Source: Euprymna scolopes
Taxonomy: Eukaryota
Strand: one strand, 5' to 3'
DNA: 64,000 nucleotides
Assembly: GCA_053919585.1 (NCBI GenBank)
Contig: CM132797.1
Shown: piece by piece, positions 12,198 to 24,194 of the stretch
Numbering within the stretch: position 1 is the stretch's first letter
Layout: each line of letters starts with the position of its first letter
The notes under the pieces: generated by a model
What the model was told of the DNA's origin: nothing
Database searches by the model: none
What the model saw: the letters and a program-made list of their open reading frames with translations, nothing else
Position numbers and translations under genes: made by a program

Positions 12198-13949
12198 TTT
12201 ATATTATGGAAGTTGGTTTTATGGTCATTTAAAGAGGGTATACATTTTAATGGGACACCCTGTATATTATGAAATTGTAATGTTTTCAAAGGAGTTTGTG
12301 ATGTATTTGAATTCTTCGTGGGACTACTAATTCTGAATTCACATGGAAAGAAATCGATTATCATGTCTTTTTTTTATTTTCATATTACGATGTGAGTAGA
12401 AATTAATGTAATCATTTTTATGTGTAGTTTTGCGACGAACTTTGAAAGATGCATTGTAATTTAATTTTTAAGAATGGTATTGAGTGATTGTTCTCTATTT
12501 AATCAGTAAACATTATGTAATTTGTTTTTAGCATTCTTTGTGTATTTTTCAACACGCACACAGAGAATACTAAAAACAAATGAGATAAAATAGAACCATA
12601 CAGAAAGTTTAAGGAGGAAATATTATAATGTCGTCAAGCATTCTGTATTTGGCGGTGAACTAAGTTCAGAGTCTAGTAATTTTAAGATTAGGCAGGCTAG
12701 TACTTCACTAGAAGTTTACTGATAAGGATGCCCAAATTCTGCTTGTAGAAATTATTATTGAATTGAATATGAGTTATAATACTTAGAAGTTTGGTAATTT
12801 TTCTAAAGGTTTCGGGAGTAAACGCAAAGTTTATATTTCTTTCTTAGGTGTATATGGAGTGAATCTTAGATTTCCTGATGTGTAATCAGTGTACAGATTT
12901 GTTTTGTATATAAATGTTTTTTTTGTTTGTTTGTTATTTTGTTAATATAATCACCAAAGGTTTTTATATGGGAAATGCTGATAGTGCATATTAGTGGGGT
13001 TAGAATATTGGATATGAGATTTCTTTTTTTTAAGTGTCAGGAGTAAACGGAACGTTTATATTTCTTTCTTAGGCGTATATAGAATATTTTTTTAATTTTC
13101 TGATGTAATCAGTCTATAGATTGGTTTTGCATATTAATGGTGGTTTTGTTTTGTTTTATTTTATTTTGTTAAGGAAATCACCAAAGATTTTTATATGCGA
13201 AATGAATATTGTATATTTATGCTATTTTATGTGTTGACTTACAGATGCAGAATATTATGCTGCGCATAAGGATGCGCAATTTTATAGTTTTAGGGAAGCC
13301 ATATATTGTAGGAATATCACAGTGGTATTCAGTATATGATGTCCATTATTTATCGGTTTTTATAAGAATTTTTACAGATTTTTTAAAAAGTTTCAATGTT
13401 TTTGTTTAGAATTATAAAGTGGTGTACGTATTTTTATCATCTAGTAGTATAGACATTTTCTTTACATACATTCCAATCCGTAACGAAAATATGGATTTTT
13501 TCATAGACAAACAATTTCTCTGTATTACAGTTCTTCAATGCGACTATAATAAGCCATGATTGAAACTTTACTGCTTAACTTTTATGATATTTGATTGCTG
13601 CTAAGATTGCTATGTTAAATTACAATGATTAAACATCGCCCAAACTACTGAGCTCAATTTGTTTAGATAAAGGGCATGACATCATATAGTAGTTACATAT
13701 TCACTCTCTAATATGCTAAACCTAAGATAGATTCTAATAATGAATAAGAGAGCGATGATTCTTGACAGTTTACTTCAAAGTATAATTTATATTTCTGTAT
13801 TTTTACTAGCGGAATCGAATGATATCATTTCGATAATCTATATCTTATATCTGGTTTCGTGCAGGATAAAATCTATCTTTATAAAATTCTGATTTTTAAT
13901 TGAATCTTAGTTTTACTTTCGTATAAGTAGGTTTAAGCATTCGTAATAT

Positions 13950-15300
13950 TTTGTACGTCATTAATTTTAATAATTTTGTTTTTGTAAATTCTTGTAAATT
14001 CTTAATTACATATTTTCTGCATTATTCTTGGTAAAACATTTTAATTACTATCATTTGTTTGGTTAACGCTATTATAAGTAATGTTATCTTATTCGGTATT
14101 GAATTAAAACAAAACATTGTTAATTTGAAGAAAAAACGATATTCATTAATAAAATAAAGAGAAATATCTTAGTTTATTAAGATTGAATGATATGGGGTGA
14201 TATGTTTCATTAGAGACAAGAGGAAAATTATGTGTATGTTTCGATGTGTCTGTTCTGATCCGTGCGTGAGTATGTACATGTATACATACATGTCTGTGTA
14301 TTTAGTATTTGGCTTGTTTACTGTTATTATTAAAATTTGGCAAGCCTTGGGGCAAAATTTTAATGTAATTTCTTTCATGTGTTAGTAAATAATGGTAAGT
14401 GTCAAATTGCCTCCATTATATATATGCATGTGCTGCGAAACCCGCAGGAGTCTCTTTCTGCTATTTTTATATTGTTTTTATGTAAGGCGGCTTCGTTGCT
14501 GAGGATTTGTGACGCGTGTATTTTAGTGCACGGAATATATTTGTTGCATTTTGTGACCTCTTTCGTTGGGCGTTGATTAAGTTGGGATGAGGTTTGAATG
14601 TGTTTTAGATTTTGTGGTTGACGTTTGCTTTTTATTATTTTTGATATTTAAGTATGTTTCTGAGTTTGCTGTTTTGGTTGAGTATGACAAGGTTTTTGTT
14701 ATCTCTGTAAAAACTTCTGGGTGATGTGTTGTGTGTAAAAATGCGTATCATAATTTGTTCTTTTTTCCGTTTTTTGTTTTTTTGTTTTTGGTGGGGGTCT
14801 TATTTGTTAAGTTGATATTCTTCCTGCGAGTTCAATATCTTTGTGTTTGACTTATGATAACCTATGATGAGTATTCTATTATCCTTAAGGTTATTTGTAG
14901 TTCCTGCAGTATGATCGTTTGGAGGTGTTAGTTCGTGACGGTTGTGCAGATTCTCCAGCGTACAGAATATAGTACGGATTTGTGGCTAGTGTTATGACAA
15001 TGCCTCTTAAAACGAAGATGCGTGTAGGTTTGTGGTGAGTTCATGTGATAATGATAGTTTTAATGTTTACTATTATGTCTGGGAACAGTAATTCTGTAGA
15101 GCTTTGTTCCAGGGTGATTTCATTTTAAGGATGTAGCTTTGGAAGTATAATGTGTAAATCTTTGATGTCTCTCCATGTAGATTTCTAAAGAATAAAGTAG
15201 TTATTAATATATCTCTTCCAAGATTTCATAAAGAATGTCTATTGTGTTCGTATTTTTGCTCTATCCTTACTGATAGGGCCCAATCTAGTAAAATCGTGTT
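13950..15300 (-). mobile_element. Second decayed Penelope-like element (RT C-terminal part and Cys/GIY-YIG region)
   Basis: Minus-strand WKRYINN.FIL, KLHP..ITLEQSSTELLFPDIIV and HHKPT, then a C...TCIYI motif near 14430. It may continue at 16010-16290. Confidence 0.6.
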
Positions 15301-15712
15301 GGGCTGATTTAGAATGACGTCTGTAGGTGTCAATTTTTGTTCCCTTTGCTGTATCTAGTATTTTAATGTTGTTATCGTTGTTGACTGCGAAAGATTTATT
15401 ATCTATATAACTATTAATTTTTTTCTAACTGTAATTGATATTAAAAACCTACATTTTTCTATTTAAAAAAGTAAACTGTTTAATATACCTAGTAATGGAT
15501 ATGCGAGCTATTACATGGAGGTTAACTTATTGCATATTCCTTTCAACAATAAGTGTTAAATTAATGCTTATGCATTTTAATGGTTTCTTATTAAATGGAT
15601 GATTTAATTTCACTGTTACACTGAATTCTATTTATCCATAATATTTGCATATTCCAAAGTTGCTTACAATTGGATATGAAATATGTCTAGAACACGAATA
15701 TATATATATATA

Positions 15713-15960
15713 GTCATCCACATACAGTACTGTTTCGCTGTTTCAGAGCTCATCAGTGCGGCTAGACGGGCAACCACCTCAAGCCAGGATTGAAACCTGA
15801 CCGTCTGTACGACAGTCAAGGCTCCTAACCACTACGCTATCGGTGACTGCTGAGTGAGTCGTGAGTTTTAACGATGTTTTGACATCATCTGAAATACCTA
15901 AGCTCGATTTGTTTACACAAGGAGCATCACTTATACGATAACGGTAAGTCGTGTATCATC
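15713..15960 (-). mobile_element. tRNA-headed, hammerhead-tailed short retroelement (family T2) inserted in (TA)n
   Basis: A box TAGCGTAGTGG (15829-15839); T-arm TCAGG-TTTCAAT-CCTGG with B box (15787-15797); HHR about 25 nt downstream. The element ends TGTGGATGAC then (TA)n, with (TA)n also at the other flank. Confidence 0.8.
15718..15761 (-). ncRNA. Minimal type-I hammerhead ribozyme, fully canonical core
   Basis: Minus strand reads CCGCA-CTGATGA-GCT(CTGAAAC)AGC-GAAAC-AGTACT-GTA^TGTGG. Stem I is CCGCA/TGTGG, stem II is GCT/AGC, and stem III is the palindrome ACAGTACTGT. Confidence 0.93.
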
Positions 15961-15962
15961 TA

Positions 15963-16013
<51 letters not shown>

Positions 16014-16299
16014 TTTCGGTCTTTCGTGTCCTCTAATATTATTTTTCTCGGAATTTCTTTCATATAAACTGTTCCGCCATCGTTAAAAACTGTATGTTTA
16101 TGAGATATCACTACATTTGACTGCTTAGAAATGCCAGTTTCCTTTGTTTGATGAGGACGATTCATGTTTTGAGAATTTGCTACTTTGTTTTTAACGACTG
16201 TTTAGATATGCAGTCTCCTAATGTATTGGTGTTGGTTTCTAAGCAGTTCCACGCTTATCTTTAATGTGATTTTGTTCTTTATGTTGTTCGTTTGATATA

Positions 16300-17216
16300 C
16301 GAAGTGCCTTCAGTAAGTTTCCGGGCTTTTTCCGTATGAGCACATTTATTGACAGTACACACATAAAACTCTATTCTCCTTCGAAGTAATTTCCTCTAGC
16401 TTCAATTCACTTTGTTGTACCGTTGCAACAACTTCTGGAGGCGCATTGGAAGTCTTTTGGGGCAGCTGTCAATGACCCTCATCAGAGCCTTTCTCGTTTC
16501 CACAATAATCTCTAAACGGTAGGCTCTAAAGTTTCCGTTGAGCTTAGGGAATGACCAAAAACAACATCCGGACTATAGGGGGGTTGAGGAACTGTCTTGA
16601 TGCTCATGTTCGTCATGTGACTAGGATGAAGTTGCGGACTGGTGCATTTGCACAAATCTTCTGTATTTTCAGTTCCTCGCGAATAATTGTGTGTATAGCT
16701 ATCACGCTGGCATTAAAATGTGTACTTACTGTCTTTCCACACACACAACGGTGCTTATCCAAAGAATTCTTCATTTGTCCAGTCAACTTTAATATTTGAC
16801 TCCATTACTCTTCCTGCACCTCTCATCATCTCTCATAGACTATCTGCCTTCCTTGAATCTCTTATGCTACTCCAAAACAGATACTCGATTCAGGCAAGAT
16901 AGTCCAAAAGCAGTCTCAAGCGTTTCATATGTTTTTGTGTCATTCATTCCAAGTTTGACACAGAATTTTATAGAATAGCGTTCTTCCAAATTGTCCTCAG
17001 ACCCATACTGCATGTTTGAAATTCACCAGCTATGACAACTAGGCTTTAGTAGGGTGTATTCCAATTCCTGTTGTATCTTCTTATTTTAACATGAAATCAT
17101 AAACATTGGTCATTATCTCATAAAATGTATAGCAAAATCATACTTAATTTTCAAAAGTTTACGTCAATTTAAAATACCTGCACATTAAAGACTGGAAATT
17201 TATTGAAGGCACCTCG
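16300..17216 (-). mobile_element. Non-autonomous mariner-like element
   Basis: TIRs CGAAGTGCCTTCAGTAAGTTTCC / GGAAATTTATTGAAGGCACCTCG with TA flanks. Same family as 31839-32594. Confidence 0.85.
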
Positions 17217-17961
17217 TAAAATGGTTGGTTCTGTCCATTTTCTCACTGACTTTCAGTAATCCTTGTGAGTGTTGCTTCTGTTCACTACTTAGGAATGTAG
17301 CTCAGATATAAGACACTTCTTTTGCGGACACTACAGCACTCTTATATCGATATTAAACTTATATTCGAGGTTCTTATATCGGGGTTGCACGATACATAAA
17401 CACAGGGCCTAATTTGAGACCAGGGAAAATTTCTCGCCTACCAATTCTCTCAATTNNNNNNNNNNNNNNNNNNNNNNNNNNNNNNNNNNNNNNNNNNNNN
17501 NNNNNNNNNNNNNNNNNNNNNNNNNNNNNNNNNNNNNNNNNNNNNNNNNNNNNNNNNNNNNNNNNNNNNNNNNNNNNNNNNNNNNNNNNNNNNNNTTTGA
17601 GAAAAGTCGTGGGGGGCATTGGCGATAAAGATAGTAAACAATCCAATTTTGTTTGAATAAAATATAGTTTTATTTTGAAAAATTTGTTTAAAATATGCTT
17701 ATAAAGTTACATGCACATATTTGGCTAGATGGATAGAGTAGTATATATAAATATNNNNNNNNNNNNNNNNNNNNNNNNNNNNNNNNNNNNNNNNNNNNNN
17801 NNNNNNNNNNNNNNNNNNNNNNNNNNNNNNNNNNNNNNNNNNNNNNNNNNNNNNNNNNNNNNNNNNNNNNNNNNNNNNNNNNNNNNNNNNNNATCTGTAT
17901 TTAATCTTATATTTTATTCTATCTATATAGCTATGTATGTGCATCTAACTTCATATGCATG

Positions 17962-18000
<39 letters not shown>

Positions 18001-18004
18001 TATA

Positions 18005-21000
18005 GCACATGAGGGAAGGGGTTAGAAAAGGTGCCCCAAACAAATGCCTGCCCTTCTAGTGTCTGTTAAGCTAACCGCTGTTGACGGAATCATCCACATA
18101 GCTGTCGAACAACAAAAACACAGAAAAAATTATCATCGGGACAAGGATGTTCGAAGTTTGTTGGACAGAGCTACTTCCTCAAGTCCTGAAAGAAGAACAG
18201 CTCTCATCGTAAGGGAATTCCAGCGTTACCATATAGATATAGCCGCACTTAGCGAGACCTAGATTGCTGACGAGGGGTCCCTGAGAGAAGAGGGAGGTGG
18301 GTACACATTCTTCTTGAAAGGAAAGCCGCGAAAAGAAGACCGGATTCATGGTGTAGGGTTTGCCATCAGGACAGCTTTGCTGAAGAGCATGCCTGCGCTA
18401 CCAGTTGGAATCAACGAGCGCCACATGAAACTGCGCATCCCTCTCAGCAGGATCAGACATTTCACAATCATCAGTGCTTACGCCCATACACTCATAAGCC
18501 CAGGAGAAGTTTTACGAACAGTCTGACCAAGTCATCGGGTCAACCTTACCAAGCGACAAACTAGTCATCCTTGGAGACTTTAATGCAAGGGTGGGGAAGA
18601 CTATAGCAGCTGGGAAGGCGTTCTGGGCAGACACGGAGTAGGCAAGATCAATGACAATAATCTGCTCCTTAGCAAGTGTAAAACCAGCTAAATGCATCCA
18701 AGGTCAAGACACTGGCACATGATTGACTTCATCATCGTCCGCTAACGAGACATCAAGGACGTCCGTATGACCCGTGCCATGATAGGCGCTGAATGCTGGA
18801 CTGAGCGCAGATTGGTCAGGGCTGTACTGACACTACACATTGCGCCATCCCACGGAAACCGACCCAAAACTGTTAGGGCCTCCTACAATGTTGCCAGGCT
18901 TAACGACCCATCCTATCAGGCACGATTCCAGCAACTACTAGATGAGAAACTCCAAGATCATGTGACAGTGCAGGCAGCACAGAGAAATAGGCCTCTTTCA
19001 AGAAAGCATAAAATGAGACTGCGAAGGAAGTCCTTGGAGCAAAGACCAGAACCCATGAAGACTGGTTCGATGAGAACGACAAAGTGATTAGAGAAACCAA
19101 ACATACCAAGAACAAGGTCACATAGAATGACTAAATGACCCGTCATCCATCTCCAAGCATGAGAAGTTCAACGCTCTCCAGGTCAAAGTTCAGACCGATC
19201 GCGGAGCAATGCAGGATCAGTGGTGGCAGAACAAAGCTTCTAAAGTATGTATCACTATGCTGATACTAATAACATCAAAACAATTTTCAGCTCATTGAAA
19301 TCTGTTTTCGGCCCCTCTACACCCGGCAGTGCTCCACTACTGTCGTCAGACCGGAAGACGCTCATCAAGAACCAGGAGGATCTCAGCAGAATCTGGCAGG
19401 AGTATTTCAGCACTTTGCTGAGCAGGCCCTCATCAGCTAATGCAGAGGCCCTGAATCAGATCCCCCAACAACCCATACAGGATTCACTCGCAAACCTCTC
19501 AACCATCGAGATCAAGAAAGCGATCCACCAGACAACCTCTGACAGAGCATCGGGAAAGGGTGGCATCCCTGCTGAGATCTACAAGGCAGTGGGCCCCAAT
19601 GCTCTTGGGGCCTTCTGCGACGCCCTTCTAACTGTCTGGGAGGAGGAGATAATGGCAGACGATTTTCGCGGCGCCCTAATCGTCTCCCTCTGTAAGAACA
19701 AAGGAAGTACGTCGGACTGCGGAAACTACAGGTGTATCTCCCTCATCTCAATTGCTGGGAAGATCTTTGCACGGGTCATTCTTAACAGATTCATTACAGT
19801 TTCCGAACATACACTCCATGAGGCACAGTACGGCTTCAGGCCTGGCAGGAGTACTGTGGACATTATCTTTGCCTTAAGACAGCTTCAAGAGAAGTGCATT
19901 GAACAGAAAAAATCCCTCCCTACTCTGTATTCATCGACCTGACCAAAGCTTTTGACACCGTCAACATAGAGGCACTTTGGACAGTCCTTGAGCGCATCGG
20001 ATATCCTCCAAAGTTTGTATCAATGATTAGGCTCTTCGACTTTGGCATTACTGGTCAGGTCCTCTCAGATGGTAATATCACAGACACTTTCACTGTCAGC
20101 AACGGTATTAAGCAGGGTGGCGTATTAGCCCCTATCCTTTTCAACATCTTTTTCACCTATATGATTTCCCATGCTGTCCAAGACTTGCAGAGGGGTGGCT
20201 ACATTCGTTACCGCTTGGATAGCTCCCTCTTCGACTTATGGAGACTCCCAGCAAAGAAAAAAGCTTGAAAACTCTCATCCAAGAGGTTCTCTTTGCCGAT
20301 GACTGTGCACTAGTGGCCCATACAGAACAAGATTTGCAACAGATGCTGGATCGCTTCTCTGAATCATCCAAGCTCTTCGGCTTGACAATCAGTCTTAGAA
20401 AGACGGAGGTACTCCACCAACCTGCACCATACTCCAACCCTCCTCCTCCCACTATCACCATTGACGACACGTCACTTGCCAACCTTAATCACTTCAACTA
20501 TCTGGGAAGCACTATATCCTGTGATGGTTCCTTGGACAGAGACATTGACACCAGAATCAGCAAGGCAAGTCAGATACTGGGAAGACTTCGCAATCGAGTG
20601 CTCAATGAACATAACATCCACCTATCTACGAAGCTGAATGTCTACAATGCTGTGGTCCTTCCCTTCCTGCGATATGGTTGTGAGACGTGGACACTGTACC
20701 GCATGCATATAAAGAAACTGGAGCTCTTTCACATGCGAGCTCTCCGCTCCATCCTGGGAATCAAATGGCAGGATCGCATCATCAATCTGAAGGTCCTTGA
20801 CAAAGCTAAGTTCACCAGTATAGAGACCACCATCATCAAGACACGTTGGACACGTGATTTGAATGGACGCATGTCAGATGCCTAAATACCTGATGTACGG
20901 AGAGCTCCAGGCCGGCAAAAGAAACCAAGGTCGACCAAAACTGTGGTATAAAGACACTGTAAAGCCAATCTGCAATGGTGTCGTATCAAACCGGGACACC

Positions 21001-21268
21001 TAGAGGGACATACTATGGACATACCAAAATGGCGAGGCTCAACTCACAAGGCAGCTGCCAACTTTGAAGAGGTTCGTAGCCAGAAACTCACTGCTGCTAG
21101 AGAGAGACACCACAGAGCAGCTTCAGCGGTGATCACAACAACTGACTTCCAGTGCCCCCAATGTTCTAAACTATGTGCCTCTAGACTGGGACTGCAGAGC
21201 CACCTCCGTGTGCACAGATGAGGTGCAGAACACAAACGTCATCTTCGGATCCAATGGACAACCACCAC

Positions 21269-21270
<2 letters not shown>
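18005..21270 (+). mobile_element. Near full-length RTE-clade LINE (APE + RT + C-terminal C2H2 finger), disrupted by stops and frameshifts
   Basis: IDIAALSET, HGVGFAI, SAYA, ILGDFNARVG, CGNYRCISL, EAQYGFRPGRST, GIKQGGVLAPILF, LFADD, YLGS, YGCETW and CPQCSKLCASRLGLQSHLRVH. TA runs flank both sides. Confidence 0.95.
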
Positions 21271-21303
<33 letters not shown>

Positions 21304-21329
21304 TTATATATATATATATATATATATAT

Positions 21330-21568
21330 TATTATATGTAACTGCATAAAAGTATGGTACTTATTTTCAGTGTTAATTTTACCATTGCTTTATACGTAAA
21401 TAGAAATAAATAGCAAGTTTAATAAAGTATAGCAATTAAGCTATCCAGAGACGCAGAAAATTCTGTTCAGTTTGTCATGCGTTTTATGAGTATTCAGCTT
21501 ACTATTGTCAATAGTCTGACAAAATAGCACGAAATTGAAACGCGTAATTTGAGTAGCTTAATTGCTAT
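21330..21568. mobile_element. Older P1-related palindromic pLTR fragment with degenerate HHR (21511-21560)
   Basis: Inverted TATAGCAATTAAGCTA/TAGCTTAATTGCTATA; CTGACAA...GAAACGCG...GTA^GCTTA; TA flanks. Confidence 0.6.
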
Positions 21569-21638
21569 ATATATATATATATATATTAAATCTAACTATA
21601 TATATGCATATATATACATTGATTATTATTATTATTAC

Positions 21639-21680
<42 letters not shown>

Positions 21681-22331
21681 AGTCTACGTTTGATACATAG
21701 AAAAATGATATACTTGAATGCGTAAATAAAAAGGTTGAACGTATAAAAGAACTTAAACACCCTAAAAAAACTAATCCTCTTCTAAAAAATTCAGAAGTAC
21801 TTAAGGAGCTTAAAATAATTCAGGATAAGTATGTAATAGTTCCTATTGATAATGCGGCAAACAATATAGGTATTCTATTGAATAAACATTACATACAACT
21901 TTTATTATTAGATGTAGGAATTATAGGTAAAGTTTCAACTACAATTATTCTGAATAATAGCATTATTAGTGAAAAAGTAGGAATAAAAAAACAAAAACAA
22001 AATTCATCTATGTATTGAATACCTAAAATGGACGAAAATACAGTTAACGCTAGGTTTATTGTAGCTTCAAAGACGTGCATAACTAAATCTTTAAGCAACG
22101 CTATATCTCAAATATTTAAATTAATGATCAATCAAATAAATAAATTCCAGCAGAAAAGAAAATTCTATGGTAATATAAATCTATTTTGAATGGTAAATAA
22201 TTCACAACCAGTAAAAGAAAAATTAGTTAACATAAATTCCAGAATAACAGCAAAATCTCTATCGATTTTTGATTTTAGTACTTTATATAATAAACTACCC
22301 GTTTTTAGTACTTTATATAATAAACTACCCA

Positions 22332-22880
22332 TGACCCGCTGGGTCAGTATATTATATTAGCTATGGAATTCATGTATGAGCGTGACACTTGTGATGTAAA
22401 GAAAATAGGGGATATTTTTTACATAACAGAAACATTTCTATAAAAGTATATTCAAATGAAAAATCACGGACAGATCTCCCAAACATGAAAAAAAATCCTT
22501 CTTATCTGTGTAAAGTTACATATTTATCGGATTAATCGCACAAAAATCGAAAATTAAAGATGATTTTCCTACGAATCGAACGCCGATGAAAGTCATTTAG
22601 CAGCAAAAACGCACATGAACCTACCGATGAGAAATATAAGAATGAAACCCCCATATTGGAATCCTTCAACCAAGTTATAGAAACTTAAAATCTAAAAAGA
22701 AAAAATTAATAAAACATGAAGCAAAAAAATAACACGTAAATTAACAAAATAAAATAAAATTAATATTGAAACAGATTAGTAAATATGTCAACAAATTCAC
22801 CGTTCGCACACAACTATTTTGTATCTAGAAATGTAAACAAAAAATAAAAAAGAAGGAAGGAAGAAAAAGGGACGGATAGA

Positions 22881-22917
<37 letters not shown>

Positions 22918-23233
22918 CTTGGCTTTACTACAATTGATCTTATGTTTGTCAACGGGTTAAAGTTGTTTAGTTGTAAGAAAATAGCGACAGTATAGTTGTA
23001 ACAAAGAACAGTTGCAAAACACGCCCACTTTTCCCATGTTAATTAATAATTTCGAAATAATAACGTTAATATTTCAGTGCGCAGGTCAAAATCTGCAAAA
23101 GCAGCGATTTGTGTTTATTTGTTTACGTTGTTATGAGTTAATGTTTATGCGCGCATGCGCAACCGGTTGTCGTAAACCGGAAATTGGGTTACATCACTCG
23201 TTATAAGGCCATTGGAGTTTTATAATTATATAG
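22332..23233 (-). mobile_element. Non-autonomous Helitron-like insertion (second, truncated copy at 56794-56950)
   Basis: Interrupts the PLE RT at KLP|LPH. The first ~150 bp match 56794-56950, which starts with CTAG plus a short hairpin. Confidence 0.6.
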
Positions 23234-23513
23234 CTTCCACATGAAAACTTATAAAAGAATAATACGATACTCTAGATCTGGCTTTGGAGGTGGTAAAGAT
23301 GAATATATAAGCTTTTAAAATTCTAAAGCTTTCTGGTGTTAAAATACAAACAGCAAAACTAGTGTTTCTAAAGGTATTTAAAATACTTATAAGTCATCTT
23401 ATTAAAGAATGTTATTTTCAAATAGGAAATAAAATATTACTCGAAACGATAGGTATCCCAATAAGATTAGATCCTGCACCATTTTGGGCAAATCTGTATT
23501 TACATAGACTCGA

Positions 23514-23570
<57 letters not shown>

Positions 23571-23571
23571 T

Positions 23572-24151
23572 TGTTATATTTTCACCCAAACAAGACACAT
23601 TGCCACTTTGATGTAGGTGGCTACTATTAGGGACACAGGCTACAGGGGTACTAGGTGGGGAGTTGGGCAGCAAGATGACAGTTCACGTTACACTTGAACT
23701 TCTGCATGTCAGTACAGTTAGGAATTCCAAAGTCTAGCGGTTCTGGAGAAGAAACTAATGGAGTAGAAGGCTCTCTTACATCTAGGGGTCTCTACTGTGA
23801 AGGGGTGGGATTTTTCTGCTTGTCGGGTTTATCGTAGAGGGGGCACAAGTGCTTGCAGTTCGTCGGAACATTCACCGTTAAAGTACTTTACGAACAGTAA
23901 AAGTACTTTAAGAACATGCAGAGTGATGCTACATTACGTCGATGGGACATAGGCTGGAGCTTGGATGACAGTTCAGGACCTATTAGGTTGGCAGCTCTCT
24001 TTTGAACCGTGTCTAGGAGCGAGAGGCTAGTAGCAGATGCACCGGCCCAAATATGACAATAATACTCCATACATGGGCGAATGGTGGCCTTATAGAGGTA
24101 CAGGATACTTTCGGGCGTTAGTAGCTTTCTAGCACGGTAGAGACAACCTAC

Positions 24152-24153
<2 letters not shown>
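23572..24153 (-). mobile_element. 3' fragment of LINE family B (CR1/Jockey group)
   Basis: MEYYCHIWAGASATSLSLLD..QKR..HRRNVASL, with a distinct 3' UTR shared with 30640-31147 and 45520-45795. Confidence 0.9.

Positions 24154-24194
<41 letters not shown>

Larger units (their letters stand above)
9241..12262 (+). mobile_element. Internally deleted Tc1/mariner-superfamily element (DD..D type) carrying a Helitron insertion
   Basis: TIRs GAGGGTGTCTCAATAAAATGTATACACTCTTTAAAT / ATTTAAAGAGGGTATACATTTTAATGGGACACCCTG with TA flanks, plus an FQQDGALPHY transposase remnant. Confidence 0.85.
6700..13450 (-). mobile_element. Old Penelope-like retroelement (RT + GIY-YIG), interrupted by a LINE, a mariner and a Helitron
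   Basis: Minus-strand remnants in correct order: IPTIYGFPK (~13300), FYKQ..G.....SEVLACL (~12720), YRMLDDII (~12635), then GIY-YIG-like GV-TIPCDNCHQIYV.ET, NALSSHLLQHGH and ILKSALI (7070-6820). Confidence 0.7.

Noticed and set aside
22010-22189. In-frame TGA codons in the Naiad-like RT (22016-18, 22187-89) as possible selenocysteine recoding
   Set aside because: Both fall where Trp is expected (YWIPK, FW.V.NS), i.e. TGG-to-TGA decay. The copy has other stops and frameshifts. The downstream hairpin at 25060-25128 fits an HHR remnant better than a SECIS.
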